A stretch of DNA of 64,000 nt from Octopus vulgaris (taxonomy: Eukaryota): assembly GCA_951406725.2 (NCBI GenBank), contig OX597814.1, positions 164,672,001 through 164,736,000 on the forward strand. Reading direction: 5' to 3'. The position numbers were made by a program, and so were the translations under genes. Under the pieces are notes generated by a model. It ran no database searches. It saw nothing but the letters and a program-made list of their open reading frames with translations, and was not told the origin of the DNA. Shown here piece after piece: positions 27,017 through 41,085 of this stretch (positions are counted from its first letter, which is position 1; every line of letters starts with the position of its first letter).

Positions 27017-27241
27017 TATTCCTTTATTGTCCACAAGGGGCTAAACATAGAGGGGACAAACAAAGACAGACAAAGGGATTAAGTCGATTACATCGACCCC
27101 AATGCGTAACTGGTACTTAATTTATCGACCCCGAAAGGATGAAAGGCAAAGTCGACCTCGGCGGAATTTGAACTCACAACGTTGCGACAGACGAAATACT
27201 GTTGAGCATTTCGCCCGGCGTGCTAACGGTTCTGCCAGCTC
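27017..27241 (-). mobile_element. SINE family A monomer
   Basis: Matches family A. Confidence 0.9.
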
Positions 27242-28077
27242 ATTATCCGATGTGTACCTCGTCTCTTAAAACACTAAGGTGTAATTGAAATGTGATTTGG
27301 TTACTATTTCTAGCAGGACAAGTGACTATGGAGAGGCTCTCACATTAGCTTATGTGATAATTGTCGTTTGATGTACTGGTGGTAGTACTGAACTGAGAGT
27401 AATGGCCTCTATGGTTACGATGGCAATGTATTTGTGTATGTGTATGTAGGGTATGTGTGGATGTTTACATATAAGCATAGTATTATGGACATGTGTGTGC
27501 GTGCGTGCTTGTGTGTGTGTGTGTGTGTGTGAGTACGATTGTCTATGTTTTTGCAGAAAACAAGTGCCTGTATATATCAAACAAAATGTTCATATGATAT
27601 ATGAATATATTTATATTTTTATGTGTGCGAGTGTGTGTTTGTATGTGTGTGTGTGTGTGTGTGTGTGTGGCTGTATGTACATAAGTCTGTGTGCATGACT
27701 ACGCGAACACACATGTACTTTTATGTGAATGCAGGCGTATGTGTACATGTACATATGTGAGCATGTATGTGTGTGTATGTATGGCATAGAAGTGAAGTAT
27801 GTGTGTATGTACATATATTTAATGTGAGCATTTGTGTGCTTATACTTATACATCTAGGTGTATTTTGAGTATAGTAACTATCTGCCTACACACACCAGTC
27901 TAACGTGTGAACGAGCGCGTGCGTACATGTGTATTTGTATAAGTGTAACACCTCTAAGTGTGCGTATGTACGTGTGGGACATATATATATATATACACAT
28001 GCATACACATGCATACACACACCACGCACGCAAATATATGTATATATATATGTATGTATGTATATATGTATATATGT

Positions 28078-28151
<74 letters not shown>

Positions 28152-28378
28152 GGAGGCGCAATGGCCCAGTGGTTAGGGCAGCGGACTTGCGGTCGGAGGA
28201 TCTCGGTTTCGATTCCCAGACCGGGCGTTGTGTGTGTTTATTGAGCGAAAACACCTAAAAGCTCCACGAGGCTCCGGCAGGGGATGGTGGTGATCCCTGC
28301 TGTACTCTTTCACCACTCTAAAAAGGCGGTGCTCCAGCATGGCCGCAGTCAAATGACTGAAACAAGTACAAAAAGAAA
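28152..28378 (+). mobile_element. Chimeric SINE: family D head fused to family B tail
   Basis: D sequence to ctttcaccac (~28316), then ctaaaaaggcggtgctccagcatggccgcagtcaaatgactgaaacaag. Confidence 0.85.
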
Positions 28379-28390
28379 AAAAATATATGA

Positions 28391-28437
<47 letters not shown>

Positions 28438-28896
28438 TGTATATATGCTTGTAAAAAGGAGGAGACATCAAAGCCAAAATGTAGCGGAGGCGATGCTGGG
28501 AAACAAAATAGCTCTCTGCTGACAATGTTTACGTCAGTGTTAAAAAGCGAAACTACTTTTTTTTTTATATAAAAATATATATTTTAATAAGGCCAGTTTT
28601 GAGAAGTATGAGGTGTCACGTGCCGTTATGTCGGGTCTCGTGTATCGGGTGTTGGATGACCACTTAGAAGATAATTTCTCCATTACATGCGCCACATCCT
28701 GTCCGTGAGGAAGGATCTACTCAGGCCTTGTAATCAGCTTCCGGAATTAAGTCCGACTTACTTCAGACAGTCTAAGCAAGTCAAGGATATGACTGTGGAT
28801 GTAATAGTAATATTTGTATTAGTATTAGTATTAGTAGTTGTAGTAGTAGTGGCAAAAAGCATCAGCAGCAGTAGTAGCAATAATAATGATGATAAT

Positions 28897-29031
28897 CTTT
28901 TCTAGTAAACACGAGGCCTGAAATTTTTGGGGAGGGAGTTAGTTGATCACATCGACTTGACTGGTACATATTTAATCGACCCCGAAAGGATGAAAGGCAA
29001 AGTCGACCTCGGCGGAATTTGAACTCAGAAC

Positions 29032-29120
<89 letters not shown>

Positions 29121-29128
29121 TAATAATA

Positions 29129-29163
<35 letters not shown>

Positions 29164-29184
29164 AGTTCTGCCAGCTTGCTGCCT
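28897..29184 (-). mobile_element. SINE family A (alternative tail) split by (AAT)n/(GAT)n at 29031-29163
   Basis: Body ends gaactcagaac at 29030; head remnant gttctgccagcttgctgcc at 29165-29184. Confidence 0.8.
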
Positions 29185-30081
29185 TTAATAATAATAATAT
29201 TTAGTAGGGGTTCCCAAACGTAACACAATAAATGCTTAAAATTTGATACACAAATACAGATAATGGAAACCCAGCCACAGAAAGGTGAGAAGCCTCCACG
29301 TAGAGCACCTCACAACCTTGATCACCTGCTACGTCTGCAAACTGGTGTCCCGAATCCAAAGTTGGAATATTTAGAGGAAACACTAGCTCTCCCACTTTCT
29401 CTAGGTCGTGCTCCTACGGTTCTTTAAAGATTATTGGTGTAATTCTTACGAACAATCCATCATTTTGGGTTCGTATTTCTTTGTTTTTCCTCCTTCTCCT
29501 CCTCCTCCTCCTCCTGAGAAAGCTCTCGAGTGATCTTTGTTTTTTTTAGTATTGTACGTTTAACAACTGGGCCGTCTACTCTGTAACATCAATCAGAATG
29601 ACTTTATTTCCGTCCCTCAATTGCCTCGTGGTCTTGTGTTGTGGATCACATCTGTGTTCATTACGTGTCAGTACTGTTGTACAAATATCTAGTAATGAAT
29701 GAGGGAAAAATTGTACAAATAGCTTTAAAACACGAACGAATAAAAAGTTTGGAGCAGCTCAACTTAAATCATTATCTTTTCCGTGGTCTAAAAAAAACCG
29801 GGTATACGCTTCCGCATACTCTATCCAAATATCAAGCTAAGATTCATTCACCTCTTTTTATAAGGTATCATAATTTCGTTGTATTTACAAACAACAGCAA
29901 CACAAGTGTATCACTGGAATAAATTCGCCAGCCAAGAGGCTTTTGTAACATATCACATTCATTGTATTCTTTATTTCTTGAGCTGTCTGTCGTTGAGTCG
30001 CTACTTTCAGCTCACAAAGTTAGCAAATGATGGAATATTGTTGGTATTTTCAAATTAATGGTTCTCGCAATATATATATAT

Positions 30082-30292
30082 GTGTGTGTGTGTGACCGCG
30101 TGTTTATCGTTGGCGATTTTCTTTCTCTGTCTTCCCTTGTTTGGACTTTTTCTATATTTCTGACGATGAGCTCCGCTCGAAACGGGAAATCCTCTTTCTT
30201 TTCTTTCCTTTCCTGAGCGTCCAATAACATTGTACTTATTCTTCCAGGTCCTCGTGTTGTTGTTTTTTCTTGCTTGTTTATGTTTGGATTAA
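30082..30292 (+). mobile_element. (TA)n-flanked Penelope-like element with canonical hammerhead core
   Basis: CTGACGA (30160-30166)-t-GAGC-tcc-GCTC-GAAAC (30179-30183); downstream tcctgagcg shared with the 18453 and 61609 elements. Confidence 0.7.
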
Positions 30293-30384
30293 CTATATAT
30301 ATATATATGTATCGTATTCCACTATTGTACAGATGTGAAAGTTTAAGTTTGGTATAGTGTGTGTTTGCTATTTATTTTTACTAA

Positions 30385-30483
30385 GGCGCGGGCTGGCAGA
30401 AACGTTAGCACGCCGGGTGAAATGCCTTTCGGTATTTCGTCTGTCTTTACATTCTGAGTTCAGATTCCGCCGAGGTCGACTTT
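30385..30483 (+). mobile_element. SINE family A 5' fragment
   Basis: Head and B box only, then (TA)n. Confidence 0.85.
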
Positions 30484-31978
30484 ATATATATGTATATATA
30501 TACACGATCCTGGAAAGAAGAAATCTGTTCCGAGCTCGGCCAGCAATGATGGATGAAAGTCATGATTTCGATTACGTACCACTTGAAGGGGACCACATCT
30601 GTGCAGTGGAATATCGCGACCACTCCCGACTATACAACACCTTGTGTATATCCTTAAGGCAATTAACTATGAGGGGATGATATTATATTGTGACAGATGT
30701 TGGTGACACCCCCATCCGCCACACGAAATAACTGTCCGTTTGTGATGTCAAGAAGCTTATGTCAGTTTGGATCAACGACATGAATTATGCCCGACTTATT
30801 TTAAGTAGGGAGACATGCCCAATATCAGCTATACTCTCTCATCTCGAATTATCTGGGTCTAGCAACGAAATATTGTTAGGGTGGTTGAAAATAAAACTGC
30901 ATGCAGTGTTACTGGCACAAAAGCACTAGCATACTTTGTTCAGTCTGTCATACTTTGTCATACTTTGTTCAGTTGCTCTCCTTCCCCTCCTGATATCTCT
31001 ATCAGTGACAAGACAGTGAGACTGTTTGAGTCTCCGTTGAAGGTTTGTCAAAGGTAAACGCGTGAACAGACTTACTCGCAAGACATAGAGGCTTGAATAT
31101 TTAGTTTTTTTTTCTTTGTCCTAATCAAATATTTTGACAAGAACTTGTAAGTGGAGTTTGTCATTATCAATAGTCTTGCTGCATGTTCGATCACCAAGCT
31201 GTTTATTTCTGTGACAGCAACAACAGTTCATTCAATAATAATAAAGCCTTTTATATAGTTTGCTACAACAGGAAACATGCACTCGTATCATGATGGTGAT
31301 TGTAATCGAGGTCTCCATATAATGGTGAGTTGGGATAACACTTAAAACAATGAAAAATGACTATAAGAGCAGCGGATTAGCAAAATCGTTAAATCGTTGA
31401 ACATATTTTGCGGTATTTATTCCAGCTCTTCACGTCCCGAGTTCAAAACCTACCTAGACCCTCTAACTTTTAGCCCTCCAGCATCGATAAAATAGTGTAC
31501 CAGTTACGTATTGTGATAGGTTTCAAAGACTAACACCACAAATTTCAGGATAACGCTTATATTGGAAATAATAATACTTATTATTTCTGAACAATTGTCT
31601 GATCCGTTAAATTATCTTGATTTTTCTATGTTCTACTTGAGAACAAAAGATAGGATGTTAGAGAAGTGCTCTCCTCTGACTAATTTGGTAAAAAGGTAGG
31701 TGACTGCAGTGAAAATGGCTAAAGTGAAAGATTATACTCTAAACATGCACATGTAGAGGAAATTTCGAATTAGAATTAGGAGTTGGCGTGTACTCTTGGT
31801 AATCAGAGTTATCTTGAACTTGCGGCTTCCTTAATTGGCTGTTCTTGGATAATTGTACAAGAGAGTGATGTCATCCATGTAGCCATATATTTTGTATACA
31901 ATGCATACTTTTTATTGCATTATTTCTACACCTTTTAATCCTCCTCAATAGATTTTATGTAAGTCTTCACAGTAACCT

Positions 31979-32208
31979 ATTTCTTTACTACCCACAAAGG
32001 GCTAAACACAGAGGGGACAAACAAGGACAGACAAAGGGATTAAGTCGATTATATCGACCCCAGTGCGTAACTGGTACTTATTTAATCGACCCCAAAAGGA
32101 TGAAAGGCAAAGTCGACCTCGGCGGAATTTGAACTCAGAACGTAGCGGCAGACGAAATACCGCTAAGAATTTCGCCCGGCGTGCTAACGTTTCTGCCAGC
32201 TCGCCGCC
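31979..32208 (-). mobile_element. SINE family A monomer, full length
   Basis: TSD cttcacagtaacct / cttcactgtaacct. Confidence 0.93.
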
Positions 32209-33193
32209 TTCACTGTAACCTGTCTTAGTAATGTCCCCTTCATCGTCATTCTAATGGCATGTTGTAAAAATTATGTATGAGTGTGTATGTGTGCATGTAC
32301 GAATGCGTACGTGTGTGTGTTCAGTGTGTGTGAGTGTGTGTTGGTGGATGGGTGTGTGTTTCTAGACGGTGCACTATTTCCAGTGTGCGTCTGTTTTCAA
32401 GACGAGTTGGTATTCAATAGATATAAAGAATTCTAGCATACGTCTAAGTGGGTTTTATAAAAGGTAATTAGATGCTTACTGTTCGATTTCTTTCTAACAT
32501 ACAATTTGCAATGCAAAAGATGTTTGAAAGGATTTCCATGCTAATCTTTCGTTAAGTGTTTCGTTCTTTCCGTTTTAACGTGTTTGCAACAAATTACAAG
32601 TAACAAATGACAAATGGTAAATGTTAAATGACTTTTCAAATCAACATATTGATACAGCTTACCGCACGTTAAAACGCTGTATTGGCCAATATTTTTCTGG
32701 TATTAGTGTCAATCGATCCAATAACGTTTTTTTATCATGCAGTAGTCCGACCTTTTAGAAAAGCAGCCAAATTTCTCTAAAATCATGTCCTACAATCTTA
32801 AAGCGAAAAATGAAGGACGCGTTTGTGCAGTATATTTGGTAATAAGTTTGCGCTATCAAGGTTGTCCTAGAGCTAAACAACTGCATTTGCAGTAATATGA
32901 GTTAATTATACATGAAACCTCATGGATGTAAACAAGCAAAACACACTCGCATACACGCGCGCACCCACACACAAACACACAAACACACACACACACGCAC
33001 ACAACCACACACACAAACAAACTAATACACACACACACACACACATATATATATATGATAGTAAATATGGAGGTATATGCATTTATGTAGGCGAGAGTAT
33101 GAATATTTCTTTCGGTATGCAATAGAAAAGGAATTAAACACACATGTGCAAATGATATAGAAACGTTTCCTCATATGCAAGCACACACACATG

Positions 33194-33245
<52 letters not shown>

Positions 33246-33971
33246 TATACATACATGTATATTAACAGATGTACATACGTACACTCATGAGCATCTGCCC
33301 GTCTTAAGTTGAATTTCGACGAGCTGGGTTATCTACAGCTCCTTAGTAAGCTCTCACTGGCTCAGCTCTATCTACTTAGATCTGTCACTTTACTTTAAGC
33401 GCTCTTCTAAATAAAACAGAACCTCAGGCACTGTCAACTTTGACCATATCTACAGAAATCTCTATAGAAGAAAATATGCACAAGAAAGAAATGATGTATA
33501 CATGCATAAAAATAAATACATAAATAAATAAATTGTTTAAAACTATACAGTAGTGACAAATTACTTTAACATTAACAAGAATAGCAGAGCAATATTGTTA
33601 ATGTCAATAAAGTTGATGATGATGATGGTGATGATGAGGAGTAGAAGGAGGGGAGAGAAAGCTGCTACCAATTATGATTATAATGCTGATGGTCGTCATT
33701 AACATCTCAATGCACTGCCGTACATTCTCTTTTCTACCTTCTCCTCCCAACTACGTGTCTTCTCCCTCCTCCTCCTCCTCCTTCTCCTCATCATAATTAT
33801 CCTGTCCCTCCTTACTTAGGTACAAGGCCAGATATTTGTAGAGGATAGATTAATTAATCGACTCTAAAGAAATGTAAGTCGAATTTCGCCCTGACTAAAT
33901 TCAAATTCAAAAGGACGAAAATGAATATCTTTGGACACATGTCCGATGTTTAATCGAATCAATTATTCATC

Positions 33972-34032
<61 letters not shown>

Positions 34033-34057
34033 ATGGAACAGATAGGGGCTGCAATAG

Positions 34058-34408
34058 CTAGTCGATTACATCGACCCCAATGTTTCACTGGTACGTAATT
34101 CATCGACCCTGAAAGGATGAAAGGCAAAGTCGACTTCTGCGGAATTTGAACTCAGAACGTAGCGACGGGCGAAATACCTATTTTTTCATTACCCACAAGG
34201 GGCTAAACACAGAGGGGACAAACAAGGACAGACATAGGTATTAAGTCGATTACATCGACCCCAGTGCGTAACTGGTACTTAATTTATCTACCCCGAAAGG
34301 ATGAAAGGCAAAGTCGACCTCGGCGGAATTCGAACTCACAACGTAACGCAGACGAAATACCGCAAAGCATTTCGTCCAGCGTGCTAACGATTCTGCCAGC
34401 TCGCCGTC
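34058..34408 (-). mobile_element. SINE family A dimer; a further older copy lies at 34476-34670 with an (AAT)n tail
   Basis: Junction cgaaatacctattttttcattaccc at ~34170-34195. Confidence 0.88.
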
Positions 34409-34410
34409 TT

Positions 34411-34475
<65 letters not shown>

Positions 34476-35378
34476 CCTTTCTGCTAGAGGCACAAGGCCT
34501 GAAATGTTTTAGTGGGGCGGGGAGACTGGCAGATTACATCAACCCTCGTACTCAACTGGTTCTTATTTCATCGACCCCGAAAGGATAAAAAGCAAAGTTG
34601 GCCTCGCTGGAATTTGAAATGAAACGGTAAATCATTTCGTCCGACGCTCTGACTATTCTAGCAGCTCGACCGGCCGCACCAACAAGCAAGAAACGGTTGA
34701 CTTTACTTGGAGTAAAATGGCGAGGCGTATTAATAAATAGGTAATAACAAGCAGTACTAACAATTCAGAACAAAAATAAGAACGAGGAATGGATTCTCCA
34801 AAATAGGGAGCAATCACATAGAGTGATTAGGCGAATCTCCCCACACAACTCCCGATTGTAATGACAACCCAAAGGCAAATACGTTTTCAAGCTCTTGCCA
34901 CCAACCTTCAGCTGCATGGCTAACATCGGTCCGTTAAACCACACCAGTTTTGTCAAGTTCAATCACTTTTTATAAAGTTCACTGAAGTTATCGCCTCTCT
35001 TTCTCTCTCCCACTCTTGCTGTATCCTCATCTTCCACCTCACGGGGCACTGAATGAAGTTTAATGAGGGCTTGCTTTCAAAAATAAAATTCGAATCTCAG
35101 ATCTTTCACTTGCGCTCATCACGCAAACCCTTCATAATAGCCAGCTGAAAGAGGATGATTACTTGTCTTTTCTGTACAAGAAAGGTGGTGGTTAGATCTT
35201 TATAATAGTCGATTCCGACACTCACATACAAAGAGCTGTTAGACATAGACAAATCAGCAATGTACTAGCACTAAACAAATGCAGGTTAAATGTTTCTTTT
35301 TATTTCAGTTTTTTTTTTATTTTGTGATGGTCGAGTATGATTTGAAGGATACTTTGGCTCCACTTTCAAGCTGTAAGG

Positions 35379-35676
35379 CAGTGCTTCTCAATGATTTTAA
35401 CTTTGCTGCACAATGGAGATCAATTTTAAAATTCTCGGCGCACTCTGCATAGAAAATATTTTAACGAAATATTTTCAAGTTAATCATTTACGAAAAATAT
35501 AGAAAATACTATTGCTTGCCTCGTTTTATTAAGCCATACTGCTTAAAACGTGTTATTCACAACACGTTTTCAAGACTGCAAGCATTAATATGGATTTTCT
35601 AAAGACTTAAATTATATTTTTAAAAATTCGCAAAGCACCTTGACACCCATTGCGACGCACTGTCAGAAAATCACTT
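35379..35676. mobile_element. hAT-Charlie-like MITE
   Basis: Termini cagtgcttctca / agaaaatcactt; imperfect 8-bp TSD ctgtaagg / ctgcaaga. Confidence 0.6.
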
Positions 35677-36725
35677 CTGCAAGAGAATATAATGAATATT
35701 GAATATTGAATAATGAATATTGAATATTTAAAAAGAAGTGAATTATATAAATACGTCTAACCGCCATCTTAACATTTTCCGTTTGTATCCTGATTTTCAG
35801 GTGTAAAAAAAAAGGAAGCAAAAGAAAATACCTACACACACTCACAGATGCACAGACAAGATAACTACAAAACCCAAACAAAATATATATAATCTAAATT
35901 TATATATATATAAAAAAACAAACAAAAAGAATATCTGCTCCATACTATAAGGAAAAGAAAACAAACAAAAAACAACCAATGTTATATATTTCCGTTCTAG
36001 CGATATTGTTTCTTGTTGTCAGTCTTCCTGTGTTGGGTAATCGGGTACGTAACCTTTTCCTCGAGAACTCTAATAAATTGTACCAAAATTTCTGCCTTTC
36101 TTTCGCTCCCCTCCCTCGCTTTCTTTCTCTTTTGAACACACAGTCTCTTTCCTATTACTCACTCGCGCTCTCTTTCTTCCTTACTCTGTCACTGTTCCTG
36201 TCACATTCTTTTTCACTTTCTTCCATACTGTCTCTTTCTCTCCGACTCTGACTTACCATCCTCTCCACACACTCTCTCTTCTCTCTTACTGTGTTATTCT
36301 CTCTCTAACTCTGTCTCTTTCTACTGTTCTCTATATTTCTCTCTCCTACTTTGTCGTTCCATCTGCATGCCTAACTCTCTCTCTCTCTCTCACCCTCTCT
36401 CTCTTCCTCTCTTATTCTGTAGTATTTCTTATCTCAATTCAAACCGAAACCATCATTTGCTTGTCTTCCCGTTATTTATGTATGTATATTATTTCTTCTA
36501 CCCTATCTGAAATGAGGTTTTATACACTAAAAAAAACAAAACAAGAAAACTACATTGTTTGCTCAATGATAGTCATTCAGGATTTTTTATTTCTTTTTAA
36601 TTAATATTTTTATTGTTCATTTGCATATCAAATTTGCTTTAAACTTTAACTGATCAACTAACAGACGTCGTTAAAGATATTTAACATTTTCGCTTTTCTG
36701 TTACACAAGAACGAAACACGATAGG

Positions 36726-36787
<62 letters not shown>

Positions 36788-37447
36788 GAAGAAAGGAAGG
36801 AAAAAGAAAACAGAAAAGACAAACGGAAGGAAAATCAATTTGCTATACTCAAATGTCAAAATTCTGTTTCGCTAAAGATCAACTCTGTGAGGAGACTTAA
36901 GAAACAATGGCCACGAACAGAACATCTCGCAAAACTATGGCTGTTTATATAGATTTATTTATTTGCTTTTTATAGTTTTCATTTCCTCTGCATCTCACTA
37001 GACACACACACGAACACATACATACATACATACATACATACATACATACATACACACACACACATACATACATACATACATACATACATACATACATACA
37101 TACATACATACATACATACATGCATGCATACTTACATACTTACATACGTGCAGACATACACGTGCGCGTACACACACGCACATTATTCGCAGCAAGTAGT
37201 TTTTGTTTACCTTTTTACTGTTTTTTTCTCCTTTTATATTGTTCTTTTATTTCGATTTTTATTCACTTTCTTTCAAATAAACTCCTTTCTTCCGTTTCTC
37301 TTTTTAATTCACAAACTTTAATTGAGGTGACACGGTTTCTCTTTTCCCTCTCCCGTGTCGGTACGCACATGCATGCACGCACGTGCACGTACATGTATGT
37401 ACTATGTATTACATATGCATGTATGCATGCATATATATATATATATA

Positions 37448-37675
37448 TTCTTTTATTCCTTTATTCTTATATTTGTTTCAATCATTTGACTGCAGCCATG
37501 CTGGAGCACCGCCTAAATCGAACAAATCGACCCCAGAACTTATTCTTTGTAAGCCTATTATTCGATTGGTCTTCTTTTTACTGAACCGCTAAATTATGGG
37601 GAAGTAAACACACTAACATCGGTTGTCAAGCGATGGGGGGGGGGGGGGCAAGCACAGACACAAATACAAACATAT

Positions 37676-37758
<83 letters not shown>

Positions 37759-37910
37759 TATACGACGGGCTTCTTTCAGTTTCCGTCTACCAAATCCTCT
37801 CAGAAAGCTTTGGTCGGCACGAGGTTATAGTAGAAGACACTTGCCCAAAGTGCCACGCAGTGGGACTGAATCCTGAACCATGTTGTTCGAAAGCAAGCTT
37901 CTTATCACAC
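37448..37910 (-). mobile_element. SINE family B with expanded internal (TA)n
   Basis: Family B match on both sides of ~80 bp of (TA)n. Confidence 0.87.
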
Positions 37911-38633
37911 ATCTACTATATACTCCTATATACATATATATATATATATACACACGCACTCATGCAGACACAAACTCAGACACACACACGTCCACACACA
38001 CACACACACACATACGCGCAGGTTATATGCTTAGAAAGCTACGAGTTGTACGTAAAAAGAAATTAGTTATGCATAGATACAAAACAGAATAACAGAAATA
38101 CATTCACATACTTAGTAATGCGTCTATACTCACCCCCACGCGACACATATTTTTGTGCATGTGTCTGTTTATGTGTGCGAGTGCGCTTGTGTTTGTGCAC
38201 AGTTTATTATTGTAGTATTACATGAATAAATGAACGTGGGCGTGGACACACCAGAATTTCGCATCGCAGTCTTCAGGTCCCAATGAGTTGTACAAGGTCC
38301 TTTTACCACCACAGCCTCGAGTCAACCCAAGCCATGTAAGTTAAATCGAGTAAACTGAATACGTGTAGAAACTCGTCGAATGGGCTGCACTTGTAATTTA
38401 ACGGATCAGTCTTGTAACACTGTCACACGGATTTTTCCCGGGAATTACGTTGAAAGTACCCTGTGCTTCAGAGATACCTTTCGTGCAACACTCAGCTATT
38501 TAGAACAAGACGTGAAGGATCGAACGACTGGAATAATTTTCGCTAATACTGGCAGAGATCTACTTACTTTCTACTGTACAGGAATAAATACATATATGCA
38601 TCTATGCGTGTATCTATGTATGCATTTACGCGC

Positions 38634-38685
<52 letters not shown>

Positions 38686-38774
38686 TTACAGCTTTTAATA
38701 AAATGTTGTAGTATGAAACAATTGTACTAAATTACCGGATTCATTCTTGTTGCTTATTTGTGTATATATATATA

Positions 38775-38952
<178 letters not shown>

Positions 38953-39536
38953 CACGCACACATGAAAAAATATATATACGTTTGAAGTGTTTGAAGGTTA
39001 TATATAATCCTGTGCATTGAACTAAAATTATCGAACGACTCCAACTAGGTTTAAGAGAGTGAACATACAGATTACAATATTCTATAGTCTCTTTAAAATA
39101 CGGTTGGCTGTTTGCACGCCTTGATCAAATACACCTTAAGTAAATAGAACAATGTTAGATGTGCACCGTTCTCGTTCGCTAACATATGATATTAACTTGA
39201 AACATAGCGAATGAAAACAGTAGAAGTTTATCTCTACTTATATGGTCAATACTTACACGTGACATCTTAAAACACCACATTTCACCAAATATCAACTAAA
39301 TATCATACAAAGTTAATAATAAGGTAAGGAGACTAAAGATGTTTACAAACGTTATTAAGAAAACGCGTAGAGAAATAGATGCTATGAGTAGAATGTGCTC
39401 TCCTGAGCATGTAAACAGTTAAACAAAGAAAAAAAAATTGGCTTTGGCAACGTCAGCTCCCAACTGACATAAACATTACTTCGATATACAAAAAGTAAAC
39501 CTCTAAGGATGCCTAATGAGGAATTTGTAAACGATA

Positions 39537-39947
39537 TACTCTCTTTTACTCTTTTACTTGTTTCAGTCATTTGACTGCGGCCATGCTGGAGCACCGCCTT
39601 TAATCGAGCAACTCGACCCCGGGACTTATTCTTTTTGTAAGCCCAGTACTTATTCTATCGGTCTCTTTTGCCGAACCGCTAAGTAACAGGGACATAAACA
39701 CACCAGCATCGGTTGTCAAGCAATGCTAGAGGGACAAACACAGACACACAAACACACACACATACATATACATATATATACATATATACGACAGGCTTCT
39801 TTCAGTTTCCGTCTACCAAATCCACTCACAAGGCTTTGGTCGGCCCGAGGCTATAGCAGAAGACACTCGCCCAAGGTGCCACGCAGTGGGACTGAACCCG
39901 GAACCATGTGGGTGGTAGACAAGCTACTTACCACACAGCCACTCCTG
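39537..39947 (-). mobile_element. SINE family B, young near-full-length copy
   Basis: Tail repeats (ctctttta)n; close match to the 54695 and 57375 copies. Confidence 0.92.
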
Positions 39948-40545
39948 AAGGATTCTTTTTATTACAGATATTCTTTAGCCCAAAATCAATCCCAATCCTG
40001 TATTTCTATAATCAATGTCACTCCTTCAAGAACCACCTCTTTTCGATATATTGTAACCCTGACTATATTTCTTAAAGCCTTTTTGTTTTTCTTTCGACAG
40101 TGGGCCATAGTTTGACAGTGATTTTGCTATTATTTCTTCAGGTCGAGCGTCAAATCTGAGGCTTTCTCTAATTGGTTCACTAGATTCAAATCGTAGTAGT
40201 AAGCTAGTTCAATGCATGAAAAATGTCTCACAAATGAATTTTAAGCTTTTACGCTTTAAAAAGAAGGAAGTCGATTGAATGGCAACTAACATATTTACAA
40301 CATTACAACTCATAAAATATTAAAGGCGTAAAATATTTCGATTATAATTTCCACCCCACCTCCAAAGAAATGTTGTCTAGACAACTAAAAAGATTTTCCA
40401 ACTGCGTGAGTGACCCACCCTTCCTTTGATCAAAAGTAACTAAGAAAACCGCTGAGGTTAATATAATTAAATTTGAAATGAACATGTATGTATGTATGTA
40501 TGTATGTATGTATGTATGTATGCATGCATGCATGTATGTATGTAT

Positions 40546-40590
<45 letters not shown>

Positions 40591-40593
40591 ATG

Positions 40594-40632
<39 letters not shown>

Positions 40633-41032
40633 ATGTATGTATGTATGTATGCATGTATGTACGTGTAAATTAACTGTAGGATTCATTTGATTCAAGGTAT
40701 TTTAATAAAGACACCGAATTAGCGTCGAGATCCGCATATGCGCACGAGTCCAAACACTTACATATACATGGACGTAAACAGGTCATTATACACATACATA
40801 TAAATATACATGCATATGGAATTATACTTGTGTGTGTGTGTTTGAATGAGCGTGTGCGTGTTATATACACCTTGATCCAAACTGAAATACTGAGAACAAT
40901 ATGATGGACTAAAACTCTTGAAGATTATGCCGTATGATGGACTCTTGAAGATTGTGCCACAACATGGCCGTAGTCCAATGAATAAAACCACTAAAACACT
41001 ATATTTTAATACATGCTGAATTTCTTGATTCG

Positions 41033-41085
41033 CAAATATCTTGAGTCACAAATATCTTGAGTCACAAATATCTTGACTCAAGATA
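41033..41085. repeat. 16-bp tandem repeat x3, each with a TGA(G/C)TCA AP-1-type motif
   Basis: caaatatcttgagtca x2 then caaatatcttgactcaagata. Confidence 0.85.

Noticed and set aside
35680-35790. Minus-strand aagATGGCGG start with hydrophobic peptide MAVRRIYIIHFFL
   Set aside because: Frame runs through an AT-rich tandem repeat into a MITE and stops; no donor site
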